NCBI GenBank assembly: GCA_041656935.1
Contig: JBBACQ010000003.1
Span: 27,358-91,357 of the forward strand
From: Patescibacteria group bacterium
GTDB taxonomy: Bacteria > Patescibacteriota > Patescibacteriia > Patescibacteriales > UBA12465
DNA length: 64,000 bases
Direction: 5' to 3'
A program made the translations under genes and the position numbers. A model generated the notes under the pieces. The model saw only the letters and a list, made by a program, of their open reading frames with translations, was not told the origin of the DNA and ran no database searches. Below are positions 47,972 through 56,993 of the stretch, piece after piece (the first letter of the stretch is position 1; every line of letters begins with the position of its first letter).

Positions 47972-50032
47972 TTAAACGGCTTCACTAACGGGATTAATAT
48001 TTTCAACAATAACAGCAGATGCTTGAGCATTTTCCTCGTCACATTTAGGACAATACTTATGTTCACCTGATAGATAGCCATGGATTGGGCAAATAGAAAA
48101 AGTCGGGGTTATGGTAAAGTATGGTAGCTTATATTTTTCTACTATAGTCTTAACTAATTTTTTGGTCAATTCGGGATCACTTATTCTTTCACCTAAAAAT
48201 CCATGCAAAACTGTTCCTCCGGTATATTTAATTTGTAATTCATCTTGCAAATCTAAGGCTGTAAATAAATCATCAGTAAAATTTACTGGTAAATGAGTAG
48301 AATTTGTATAATAAGGGTCAGCTCCTTTTTCATTAACCAATTCATTATTAGCGCAAATAATATCCGGATACATTTCCTTATCTTTCTTAGCAAAACGATA
48401 AGTACAACCTTCCGCTGGAGTAGCTTCTAAATTATAAAGGTCGCCCGATTCTTCTTGAAAATTAGAAATCATATCTCGCATAAAATCCATTATCTCTAAA
48501 GCAAATTTATAACCCCTAGCGCTAGCAATATTTTCCCCTAATAAATTTAAAACGCCCTCGTTCATACCATTTAAACCAATGGTATTAAAATGATTTTTCC
48601 AATAAGAACCGAATTGATCTTTAATGCTTTGTAAATAATATTTAGAATACGGATAAAGATTTTCTCCAGTTAATTTTTCGATAACTTTTCTTTTTATTTC
48701 TAAACTCTCTTTGGCTAGATTCATTAATCTTGTTAAACGATCTTTAAAATCTTTTTCATCTTTAGCTAAATAACCTAATCGGGCCATATTAATAGTTACC
48801 ACTCCTAAACTACCAGTTAAAGGATTAGCCCCGAATAGACCACCACCTCTTTTTCTAAGCTCTCTATTATCTAATCTCAAACGACAACACATACTACGAG
48901 CATCATCTCTATCCATATCAGAATTAACAAAGTTAGAAAAATAAGGAACTCCATATTTAGAAGTCATTTCCCACATTGGTTTTAAGCTTTCTCTGTTCCA
49001 ATCAAATTCTTTATCAATATTATAGGTAGGGATAGGAAAAGCGAAAACTCTACCAGTAGCGTCACCTTCAATCATAACCTCAGCAAAAGCTTTATTAAAG
49101 AGATCCATTTCCGTTTGGAAATCACCATATTTCTCATCCATTATTTTTCCTCCAATAATAACATTTTCTTCCTTCATGGCTTTGGATGGAATAACGTCAA
49201 GAGTTACATTGGTAAAAGGGGTTTGAAAACCAACTCTGGTAGGAACATTAACATTGAAAACAAACTCTTGGAGAGCCTGCTTTATCTCTTTGAAAGATAA
49301 ATCATCATATCTAATAAAAGGAGCTAAATAAGTATCAAAATTAGAAAAAGCTTGAGCTCCAGCTGCCTCACCTTGCATGGTATAAAAAAAGTTTATTATT
49401 TGTCCTAAAGCGGTTCTAAAATGTTTTGGTGGTTTACTCTGTATTTTAGTATCAACTCCACCAAAACCCCTTAATAAAAGATCCTTGATATCCCAACCGC
49501 AACAATAAGGAGCTAATAAGCCTAAATCATGAATATGAAAATCAGCTTCAGCATGAGCCTTTCTAATATCTTCAGGATAAAGTTTATTCAACCAATATTT
49601 AGCTGAAATTGAAGAAGCAATATAATTATTCAAACCCTGAACCGAAAAACTCATATTACTATTTTCTTTCAACCTCCAATCAGAACCACCTAAATAATCT
49701 TCCATTAATTTTTCTTCATTACTCTGACTGATCTCTCTAATCTGACGTCGTTGGTCACGATACAAAATAAAATTTTTAGCAGTTTGGATAAGTTTATTCT
49801 CTATTAAAGTTTCCTCTACTAAGTCCTGAACCTCTTCCACAGCTGGAATAGTTTTATAATGAAATTTTTTACCAATTTTTTCTAAAACTTGTAAACTTAA
49901 TTTATCAGCTGTCTCTTCATTACCCTCTTCAGCAACCTTCATTGCTTTAAAGATGGCCGAACTTATTTTTTTAATATCAAAATCAGCAATATCACCCGAG
50001 CGTTTTAAAATTTTAGAAATATTATTTGGCAT
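47972..50032 (-). CDS. nrdD: Anaerobic ribonucleoside-triphosphate reductase (class III), lacking its own glycyl-radical motif
   Basis: N-terminal ATP-cone and an NrdD core. The Zn-site region CPIHGY...CPKC is followed by a non-conserved tail (AQASAVIVENINPVSEAV) and a stop. Confidence 0.9.
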   Translation of the reverse strand: MPNNISKILKRSGDIADFDIKKISSAIFKAMKVAEEGNEETADKLSLQVLEKIGKKFHYKTIPAVEEVQDLVEETLIENKLIQTAKNFILYRDQRRQIREISQSNEEKLMEDYLGGSDWRLKENSNMSFSVQGLNNYIASSISAKYWLNKLYPEDIRKAHAEADFHIHDLGLLAPYCCGWDIKDLLLRGFGGVDTKIQSKPPKHFRTALGQIINFFYTMQGEAAGAQAFSNFDTYLAPFIRYDDLSFKEIKQALQEFVFNVNVPTRVGFQTPFTNVTLDVIPSKAMKEENVIIGGKIMDEKYGDFQTEMDLFNKAFAEVMIEGDATGRVFAFPIPTYNIDKEFDWNRESLKPMWEMTSKYGVPYFSNFVNSDMDRDDARSMCCRLRLDNRELRKRGGGLFGANPLTGSLGVVTINMARLGYLAKDEKDFKDRLTRLMNLAKESLEIKRKVIEKLTGENLYPYSKYYLQSIKDQFGSYWKNHFNTIGLNGMNEGVLNLLGENIASARGYKFALEIMDFMRDMISNFQEESGDLYNLEATPAEGCTYRFAKKDKEMYPDIICANNELVNEKGADPYYTNSTHLPVNFTDDLFTALDLQDELQIKYTGGTVLHGFLGERISDPELTKKLVKTIVEKYKLPYFTITPTFSICPIHGYLSGEHKYCPKCDEENAQASAVIVENINPVSEAV

Positions 50033-50096
50033 AATTTAAATTTATAAATTACATATTGAAAATTAATAGAGAAAATTTTAATTTTTAATATATAAT

Positions 50097-50570
50097 TTAT
50101 TTTTTATTAATATTTTTTTTATTTTTTAATAATTTATCTAATTCTTCACTGAACTCTTCTAAATCTTCAAAAGATTGATAAACCGAAGCGTATCTAATAT
50201 AGGCTACCTTGTCTAATTTTTTTAAATTCTTCATGGCGATTTCTCCTACCTCAGTAGATTCAATTTCATTTTTATTAGTAATTTGTAAATCTTTTTCAAT
50301 ACAATAAATAAGTTTCTGAAATTTTTCCTCATCTACCCCTCTTTTTTCTAAAGCCTTCTTTAAACCAGAACTCAACTTATCACGATTATAGGCTTCTCGA
50401 CGACCATCTTTTTTTAAAACAACTAAATCAAGAATTTCCATCTCTTCATGAGTAGAAAAACGAAATTCACATTTTAAACACTCTCTACGACGACGAATAA
50501 GAAAACCATCTCCCGACATTCTAGAGTCTATTACCTTAGTGTCCTCAAAGTTGCAAACTGGGCATTTCAT
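50097..50570 (-). CDS. nrdR: Transcriptional repressor NrdR
   Basis: MKCPVCNFEDTKVIDSR...CLKCEFRFSTHE Zn ribbon plus ATP-cone. The track ORF is extended 13 codons upstream of the likely start. Confidence 0.9.
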   Translation of the reverse strand: MKCPVCNFEDTKVIDSRMSGDGFLIRRRRECLKCEFRFSTHEEMEILDLVVLKKDGRREAYNRDKLSSGLKKALEKRGVDEEKFQKLIYCIEKDLQITNKNEIESTEVGEIAMKNLKKLDKVAYIRYASVYQSFEDLEEFSEELDKLLKNKKNINKK

Positions 50571-50603
50571 TGGTTTTTTTATGATTTTATAAAAAATAAG
50601 TAA

Positions 50604-50687
50604 ACACAATATATAGTATAATAATTATTAAGTTAACCACTATATATTGTTATTATAAATTATAGCAGAAATTTTAGATTAAGCCAA
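50604..50687 (-). promoter_or_regulatory. nrdR-nrdD-nrdG promoter with two NrdR-box-like palindromes
   Basis: Boxes ACACAATATATAGTAT (50604-50619) and CCACTATATATTGTTA (50637-50652) sit about three helical turns apart. They lie downstream of minus-strand TTGGCT (50687-50682)-17 nt-TATAAT (50664-50659). Confidence 0.65.
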
Positions 50688-50804
50688 ATATTCAAAAAAA
50701 TAGCTAAAATTAAACAAATTATAATAGTAAAAGAGGATAAACCTCTAAAAAAACAAAAAGTTATCCACAGGATAACTTTATTAAAAAAGATATTTAAAAA
50801 AAAT

Positions 50805-51527
50805 TTAGATTAAATTATTGTAATAATCACTAACATCTTCTAACTCCTCTAACTCTTCTGTAAATTTATCAATTTTTTCTCTTTCTTCACCACTTATTTG
50901 TTGTTTATCTTTGGCTAGATATTCAATCTCAGCTGAGTCCAAAACAATCCCCTTTTCTTCTAATAATATTTTAGTCTTTTGCAATCCTTCTACTCTAGTA
51001 TAAATTATAATAACCCCATCATCTATCTCTAAATCATTAATCCCAGCGTCTATTAGTTCTAATTGTAATTCTTCAACATTAATCTTTTGTTTTCCAATTT
51101 CTTCTTTTAAAATAGTAATCACTCCGGACTGCTCAAAATTCCACAATACTGCTCCTAAACTTCCACCATATTTAGATAAGGCATGTCTGACCACTGAGGC
51201 GCTTCTATTTCTATTATCGGTTAAACATTTTATTACGAATTGAATATTATTAGGAAAAATACCCTCATAATAAAGCTCTTCTACTACCGCTCCGGCTAAT
51301 TCTCCGGTTCCTCTCTTTATAGCTCTCTCTATATTATCTTTTGGCATATTAACTGAACGAGCCTTATCTACCGCCATACGCAAAGACGGGTTGGAATTAG
51401 GATCTCCACCTTTTTCTCGAGAGGCCACCGTAATGATATTACCTAACTTGGTAAAAATTGCTCCTCTCTTAGCATCAGTTACTGACTTAGCTCTTTTAAT
51501 TGTCGCCCACTTAGAATGTCCAGACAT
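50805..51527 (-). CDS. yebC: YebC/PmpR-family transcriptional regulator
   Basis: MSGHSKWATIKRAK... The track ORF is extended 29 codons upstream. Terminator GTTATCC-ACA-GGATAAC at 50760-50776. Confidence 0.9.
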   Translation of the reverse strand: MSGHSKWATIKRAKSVTDAKRGAIFTKLGNIITVASREKGGDPNSNPSLRMAVDKARSVNMPKDNIERAIKRGTGELAGAVVEELYYEGIFPNNIQFVIKCLTDNRNRSASVVRHALSKYGGSLGAVLWNFEQSGVITILKEEIGKQKINVEELQLELIDAGINDLEIDDGVIIIYTRVEGLQKTKILLEEKGIVLDSAEIEYLAKDKQQISGEEREKIDKFTEELEELEDVSDYYNNLI

Positions 51528-51664
51528 ATTATTAAGATTATTAGCCCCAGACTGCGCTGGGGGATCATTGGGATAATAACAAAAGATGAACCCCAAAGAT
51601 CTCAAAACTCCCAAAGATCTTAAAGATCTTATTCTTATTGCTTTATATAAAGACTAATTTTTAA

Positions 51665-52585
51665 TTAGTTTCCGGAAACTATTAAATCAAATTTTTTCTT
51701 ATTGCCGTAAGCCTTAGGGCCATAATCTTGGCAATACTTTTCAATATTATTTTTGAAATAAGCTGGCTTACTGGTTTGAATTTTTCCTACTAAATAATAA
51801 GTTAAACACAAAATAAAAGCAAAATCAACCTTGTCGGGCAAATTTATTGACCAACGACTTCTAGGATCACCAAAATATAAGTTTTTCTCTTTCCCTAAAG
51901 AGATAACTAATTCCTTTTTATCACGCACGACAAATTTAGCATGACGAGCTTGACCAAGACTAAAAGCTCGTAGAGATACTTTAGGTCCAAACAATTCACT
52001 TCTCTTAATCTCAATCATCGGAGAGATAAAAGCAAAGTCATCTGGTAAAATAAAAGAAAAAGCCTCATATTTTTTAAAGCCAGAATTTATTTTTATTTTT
52101 TTAATAAAATTAAAAATATCTTTAGGGTTCTCTCCGGTAGCTGACAATATCATTCCCAAATAAGTGGAAATATTATAAGTATAGGGCTCACTGATCTTAG
52201 GAAAAAGAAAAACTTTGTCCGCCATTTTACTAGCGCTAGAATTAGGCGAACAGGTTAATAAAGTTGTTTTTAATTTATATTTTTTAGCTAATTTAATTTC
52301 CCAAATTGAATCTTTTTCACCAGAAGCTGATATTACCACTACTTCCTTGATTGTTTTTTTATTTATTAGCTTTTTATAATTTTGAATAGTCTTTTTAAAA
52401 GTGCTCTCATCAGCAATAACAGCCGGGTAGGCAGAAAATAAAATCTGAGCGGTATTATAAGCATTACCGCTACCAACCACTATAGGAAAATCAAAATTAT
52501 TTAAATTTAACCGTGGTATTTTGTTTTGAATAAAAAATTCCAAAGCCCTAACTACTCCTTCATCTAAATTTATTATTTTTTTCAT
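51665..52585 (-). CDS. Hypothetical protein, possibly a SIS-domain sugar-phosphate isomerase-like protein
   Basis: VVGSGNAY and VVVISASGEKDS segments resemble SIS nucleotide/sugar-phosphate-binding loops. Weak. Confidence 0.35.
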   Translation of the reverse strand: MKKIINLDEGVVRALEFFIQNKIPRLNLNNFDFPIVVGSGNAYNTAQILFSAYPAVIADESTFKKTIQNYKKLINKKTIKEVVVISASGEKDSIWEIKLAKKYKLKTTLLTCSPNSSASKMADKVFLFPKISEPYTYNISTYLGMILSATGENPKDIFNFIKKIKINSGFKKYEAFSFILPDDFAFISPMIEIKRSELFGPKVSLRAFSLGQARHAKFVVRDKKELVISLGKEKNLYFGDPRSRWSINLPDKVDFAFILCLTYYLVGKIQTSKPAYFKNNIEKYCQDYGPKAYGNKKKFDLIVSGN

Positions 52586-52604
52586 AACATTATAAATTTA
52601 AAAA

Positions 52605-53345
52605 TTAATTAATTTTACCTTGATCCTTAATTTCCGCCACTAATTTATCAATCTTTTTTTTGTCACCTAAATAATACCATTTAATAACTTTTAAATTTCT
52701 GTCCAACTCATAAACTATCGGGACACTATAAGGAATATCTAAGTTAACAATATCTTCATCTGAAATACAATTTAAACCTTTAACAATTGCCCGTAAACTA
52801 TTACCACTAGCCGAAATCAATATTTTTTTCCCGGCCTTTATTTCTGAGGTAATAACCTTGTTCCAGAAAAACATCGTTCGCTTAACCACATCTTCAAGCG
52901 ATTCTGCTAATACTGGTTTCTTTAAAAAACTATAACAAGCACTATTTGTTTGATTATAAGGATTACTCTTTTTAATTTCTGGCGGGCGAACATTATAAGA
53001 ACGACGCCACAAAAGAACCTGCTCTTCACCAAATTTTTTGGCCATCTCTTTTTTGTTTAATCCTTGCAAGTCTCCATAATGTTTTTCGTTCAAACGCCAA
53101 TCCTTAACAACCGGAAGCCATACTAAATTCATTTCTTCCAAAATAATATCTAAGGTTTTTATAGCCCGCTTTAAAAAAGAGGTATAACACAAATCAAAAT
53201 AATAATTATTCTTCTTTAAAATTTGGCCAGCTTCTTTAGCCTGTTTAACCCCCAGAGGAGTTAAATCAACATCAGTCCAACCGGTAAAAAGGCCCTTTTT
53301 ATTCCATTCACTTTGACCATGACGAATTAATACAATTTTATACAT
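52605..53345 (-). CDS. gpmA: 2,3-bisphosphoglycerate-dependent phosphoglycerate mutase
   Basis: LIRHGQSEWN...GWTDVDL...SGNSLRA motifs. Confidence 0.9.
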   Translation of the reverse strand: MYKIVLIRHGQSEWNKKGLFTGWTDVDLTPLGVKQAKEAGQILKKNNYYFDLCYTSFLKRAIKTLDIILEEMNLVWLPVVKDWRLNEKHYGDLQGLNKKEMAKKFGEEQVLLWRRSYNVRPPEIKKSNPYNQTNSACYSFLKKPVLAESLEDVVKRTMFFWNKVITSEIKAGKKILISASGNSLRAIVKGLNCISDEDIVNLDIPYSVPIVYELDRNLKVIKWYYLGDKKKIDKLVAEIKDQGKIN

Positions 53346-53631
53346 ATTTTTTATTTACATTGACTCAAGCATTTAAAAATGCTAAGCTTTTATAGTTAAT
53401 TTTAAATATATCTGGCTAAAAAAAACAACAACTAGAATAGTAATAATATCGATAAAAATATTGTTCTTAATAAGAAAAATAGTCTTTTTTATTGTAAAAT
53501 TATTAAAAACTATAATAATAGAGACTTTAAACTTCCTGTTTTTTAAAACTATAATAAAGCTATATTATAATTATATCTTAATTTACAAAAAAATAAAAGA
53601 AATTAACCAAAAAAACAATTCTAAGCTTTAT

Positions 53632-54759
53632 ATGTTAAAAAGAAATTTCTCTATTTTTTTGATAATTTTTCTAGTTTTTGTTATAGTTTTAACCAATAAT
53701 ACCAAAAAATCTAAGGCCCAAGAGCTACCAAACAAAATAAAACAGACAACCTTGGCTAAAACTATAAAGTCGGATTTTGAAGAATTAGAGGAAGAAGAGC
53801 TAATAGTAGAAAGTGCTACTAATGAAAATCTAGAAGCGATTAGTTCTCCTCTATATTTAGATCTGATTGGAACAATAAGCAATAAAAATAAAATCAATAC
53901 CGAATCAGAAGAAAATGATTTTTTTGTCATCTCTGAACATGGGGATGTTTTATCGAAAACTGGAGTAAATCTAAATGAGGAAGGAAGTAGTAGAAATAAA
54001 ATTTTAGAATATTCGGTACAAACTGGAGATACTGTTAGTAGTATTGCTGAGGACTTCGGACTAAGTGTTAATACTATTTTATGGGAAAATAATTTAACCG
54101 CCAGAACTTTAATTAAACCAGGAAGTAAATTAATTATATTGCCTCAGGATGGAATCAGACATATAGTCGCCAAAAATGAAAATATCAGCAAGATAGCTAG
54201 CAAATACGGAGTAACAATTGAAAGTATTGCCGAAGGAAATGATATTGATTTAGATGACTCTTTAAAAATAGGGGAAAAAATATTCATTCCTGGAGGTAAA
54301 AAAATTATACAAACCACTACCGTAACCAACCGAACTTATTCTGGAACTAGTATAACTCAAAATACTGGAAATACCGCTAATCAACAACCAGCTTATACAG
54401 GAGGAAAATTATTATGGCCGACAGTTGGTGCTAGAATAACTCAATATTATTCTTGGCGTCATCAAGGGCTTGATATCGCTAATAAAACTGGGACTCCGCT
54501 ATACGCAGCCGAAGCTGGAACGGTCTTAAGCTCTGGCTGGAGTAATGGTTATGGTTATAATGTTGTAATTAGTCATGGAGGCGGATTAAAAACATTATAC
54601 GCCCATGCTTCCAAGCTACATGTTAAAGCTGGCGATCAAGTTGGTCGAGGTGATATTATTGCTGATATGGGTTCAACTGGTTGGTCAACTGGACCTCATA
54701 TTCATTTTGAGGTAATCTTAAATGGAGTAAAACAAAATCCTTTAAATTATATTAAATAA
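53632..54759 (+). CDS. LysM-domain M23 metallopeptidase (murein endopeptidase)
   Basis: Two LysM repeats (YSVQTGDTVSSIAEDFG, HIVAKNENISKIASKYG). M23 motifs HQGLDIA and GSTGWSTGPHIHFEV. The track ORF starts at a TTG at 53461; the ATG at 53632 precedes the signal anchor. Confidence 0.85.
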   Translation: MLKRNFSIFLIIFLVFVIVLTNNTKKSKAQELPNKIKQTTLAKTIKSDFEELEEEELIVESATNENLEAISSPLYLDLIGTISNKNKINTESEENDFFVISEHGDVLSKTGVNLNEEGSSRNKILEYSVQTGDTVSSIAEDFGLSVNTILWENNLTARTLIKPGSKLIILPQDGIRHIVAKNENISKIASKYGVTIESIAEGNDIDLDDSLKIGEKIFIPGGKKIIQTTTVTNRTYSGTSITQNTGNTANQQPAYTGGKLLWPTVGARITQYYSWRHQGLDIANKTGTPLYAAEAGTVLSSGWSNGYGYNVVISHGGGLKTLYAHASKLHVKAGDQVGRGDIIADMGSTGWSTGPHIHFEVILNGVKQNPLNYIK

Positions 54760-54765
54760 AAAAAT

Positions 54766-55005
54766 ATGAAAATAATATTAGGCTTAATTTTAATGACTGC
54801 CGGGACATTGATTGTTATTAAATCAGAATCATTATTTAGATTCTTCGGCCGAATAGCTTGGTTTGAAAAACATTTAGGAGTTGAGGGAGGATCGAGATTA
54901 GGTTATAAACTTATTGGGATAATAATAATCTTTTTTGGGCTATTAATAACAACCGGGACTTTTGACGGCTTTATTAATGCTCTCTTATCTCCTCTCATTA
55001 AATAG
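54766..55005 (+). CDS. Small two-helix membrane protein
   Basis: Hydrophobic ORF immediately after the M23 gene. Confidence 0.45.
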   Translation: MKIILGLILMTAGTLIVIKSESLFRFFGRIAWFEKHLGVEGGSRLGYKLIGIIIIFFGLLITTGTFDGFINALLSPLIK

Positions 55006-55052
55006 AAGTTGACTTTATATTTTTTATTAACTAAGATATTTATGTTAATTAT

Positions 55053-55126
55053 GGGCCTTTAGCTCAGTTGGCTAGAGCACCTGCTTTGCAAGCAGGGGGT
55101 CAAGGGTTCGAGTCCCTTAAGGTCCA
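55053..55126 (+). tRNA. tRNA-Ala (anticodon UGC)
   Basis: Acceptor GGGCCTT/AAGGTCC with G3:U70, anticodon loop TTTGCAA, T arm AAGGG-TTCGAGT-CCCTT. Terminator ACCAACCCAAA-CTGC-TTTGGGTTGGT+T6 at 55135-55166. Confidence 0.92.
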
Positions 55127-55180
55127 CTGAAAAAACCAACCCAAACTGCTTTGGGTTGGTTTTTTTATTATGACAAAATT

Positions 55181-55338
55181 AAGGGACTCGAAAGCCGGAG
55201 CGATGTGTGAATTGCCGAAGGCAATGAACACCGCGAGGCGGGGTCGCGAGTTCTTAGTGAGCGTAGTCGCGTTAGCGCGAAGCGCTTTTACGCGACAAAC
55301 GAACTTAGAAACTCGTGACCGAGTCCCTTAAGGTCCAC
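55181..55338 (+). repeat. tRNA-linked G+C-rich structured module, Ala copy, ending in a 19-nt copy of the tRNA-Ala 3' end
   Basis: AAGGGAC-TC-GAAAGCCGGAGCGATGTGTGA-ATTGCCGAAGGCAAT-GAACACCGCGAGGC-...CTTAGTGAGCG...ACTTAG...GTGAC-CGAGTCCCTTAAGGTCCAC. The last 19 nt (55320-55338) equal native 55109-55127. Followed by terminator AACAGAC-GAAA-GTCTGTT+T (55349-55370). Confidence 0.6.
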
Positions 55339-55613
55339 AGACTAAAAGAACAGACGAAAGTCTGTTTTTTGCTTTATTTATAAATAGCTGGCGACTTTAT
55401 CAGTAATGGGTATACTATATAGTGGCAGTCAGAAAACTAGATGAGGGCGGGAGATAACTTGTAAGGCTCGGCTTTTCTAAATTCTAATCCCATACAGCAG
55501 AATAATAAAAACAAAAAACAGGCATAAAACCTGTCTCTTTATATCGTCTCCGAGGGTGGGAGAACATTAAAGCCCGTTTAGTTTACCCCACCGCATAGCT
55601 CATTAACAACTTT

Positions 55614-56450
55614 CTAAACTCCAGCCTTTTTCCGTAATTCAATTTGTAATTTCAAAGCTTTTTGATGTATTTTATTATATCTATCAGCAGTGCTATCTTC
55701 TAGATCCAGATAATCTTGGTATTTATTATTATAATGGGCCTTATCAGAAAAATCATCCAACGCATTATAAACGATAGATGCTGAGCGACTTTCATTCTTT
55801 TTATTTAGAGGGCTCAAACCCAATCTAGCAGAGTCTAATTGATTATAAAGAATATGATAAGGATCACTTTTTTCTTTATCAAAACTATTTACTTCAGCTT
55901 CTAATTGTTTTAATTTACTTTCAACATTTTCAAAAATATCATCTATTAACTTATTTATTGTTTCTTTATCTTTTTCAAAAACATCACCTTCATTAATTCC
56001 CTTTTTTAAATTATCTATTTTCTCGGCTGATTTTTCCTGATCTTCCTTTTTTAATTCGTCCAAACTTTTATCATATTTTTCTAAATCTAAGGTTGTCTCT
56101 TTTAGCTTTTGCGATAATTCATTTTTTTTTATTCTTAAAGTATTTAACTTATTAGCAAGATCAGAAATAATATTGTTATATTCACCTTTAAAATCATCAT
56201 CCTTTTCTAAACCCGCCTCCTTCATTGAATCCCTTGTTTCGTGTGCTTCATTTTTTAATATTTCAATTTGAGAGTCAATGTCTGAAATTTTATTTTCTAA
56301 ATTATTTTTATTATCAATTAACTCCTGTTTTTCTTCTGTTTTTCTTAATTCTTTTTCAGTTTCACGAGATTTTTTTTCTTCTATTAATCTCTTAGCTTTC
56401 TCAGCTGGCGATTCTTGTTTTTCTTCATTTTGTTTTTTTTCAAAATCCAT
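55614..56450 (-). CDS. Acidic/lysine-rich coiled-coil protein
   Basis: 278-aa ORF with heptad-like E/K/L-rich sequence throughout. Its promoter TTGACA-17-CATAAT overlaps an ATTGA inverted repeat. Confidence 0.55.
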   Translation of the reverse strand: MDFEKKQNEEKQESPAEKAKRLIEEKKSRETEKELRKTEEKQELIDNKNNLENKISDIDSQIEILKNEAHETRDSMKEAGLEKDDDFKGEYNNIISDLANKLNTLRIKKNELSQKLKETTLDLEKYDKSLDELKKEDQEKSAEKIDNLKKGINEGDVFEKDKETINKLIDDIFENVESKLKQLEAEVNSFDKEKSDPYHILYNQLDSARLGLSPLNKKNESRSASIVYNALDDFSDKAHYNNKYQDYLDLEDSTADRYNKIHQKALKLQIELRKKAGV

Positions 56451-56720
56451 ATTTTTTAAATTAATTTATAAATAGTCTTAATAAAATTAATAATATTATG
56501 CCCCCTCCCATTGATTTTGTCAATAGCTAAAAATTTTTATTTAAACTCATTTACTCATATCTCCTCACTATCTCAAGCCTAAAGATTAGAGGTTTTTGTC
56601 CACAACTTAAAGAGGTTGGGAGCAATAAACCCTCAAAAAATATCATTACTTGATTAATAAACAATCTTACCAATTTCCCCATACTACCCGTAGCAAAATG
56701 GGCCCATGTGGTGCCAGAAA

Positions 56721-56770
56721 ATTGATTAAGATTGAGTACATTTGAGTACAATTGATAACGATTGAGAAAG
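56721..56770. repeat. Five tandem 10-bp iteron-like repeats with an ATTGA core
   Basis: attgattaag/attgagtaca/tttgagtaca/attgataacg/attgagaaag, at exact 10-bp phasing. The related inverted pair ATTGA-ttttg-TCAAT lies at 56510-56524. Confidence 0.7.
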
Positions 56771-56844
56771 CGCTTCGTCTTATATTCATTGCCTTTCAAC
56801 CACATTTACCCCATATTCATTAATCTATCTAAAATAGCCAAAAT

Positions 56845-56869
56845 AGGGTTCGAGTCCCTTAAGGTCCAC
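56845..56869 (+). repeat. 25-nt direct copy of the tRNA-Ala 3' end (att-like)
   Basis: AGGGTTCGAGTCCCTTAAGGTCCAC is identical to 55103-55127. Followed by terminator GAGATTTGG/CCAAGTCTC+T-run (56875-56909). Confidence 0.85.
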
Positions 56870-56993
56870 ATTACGAGATTTGGCATTAACCAAGTCTCTT
56901 TTTGTTTTTAAGATTGGCGATAATTTCGAAGTTTGAAATAAAAAAAGAGGGTTCTTTAATAGCAACCCTCAAAATACTTTACGATTATTTTAA

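Noticed and set aside
56551-56805. 84-aa minus-strand ORF in islet II
   Set aside because: It spans the ATTGA iteron array, has no start context or motif, and shows only a weak resemblance to a recombinase C-terminus (HFATG). It is more likely non-coding.
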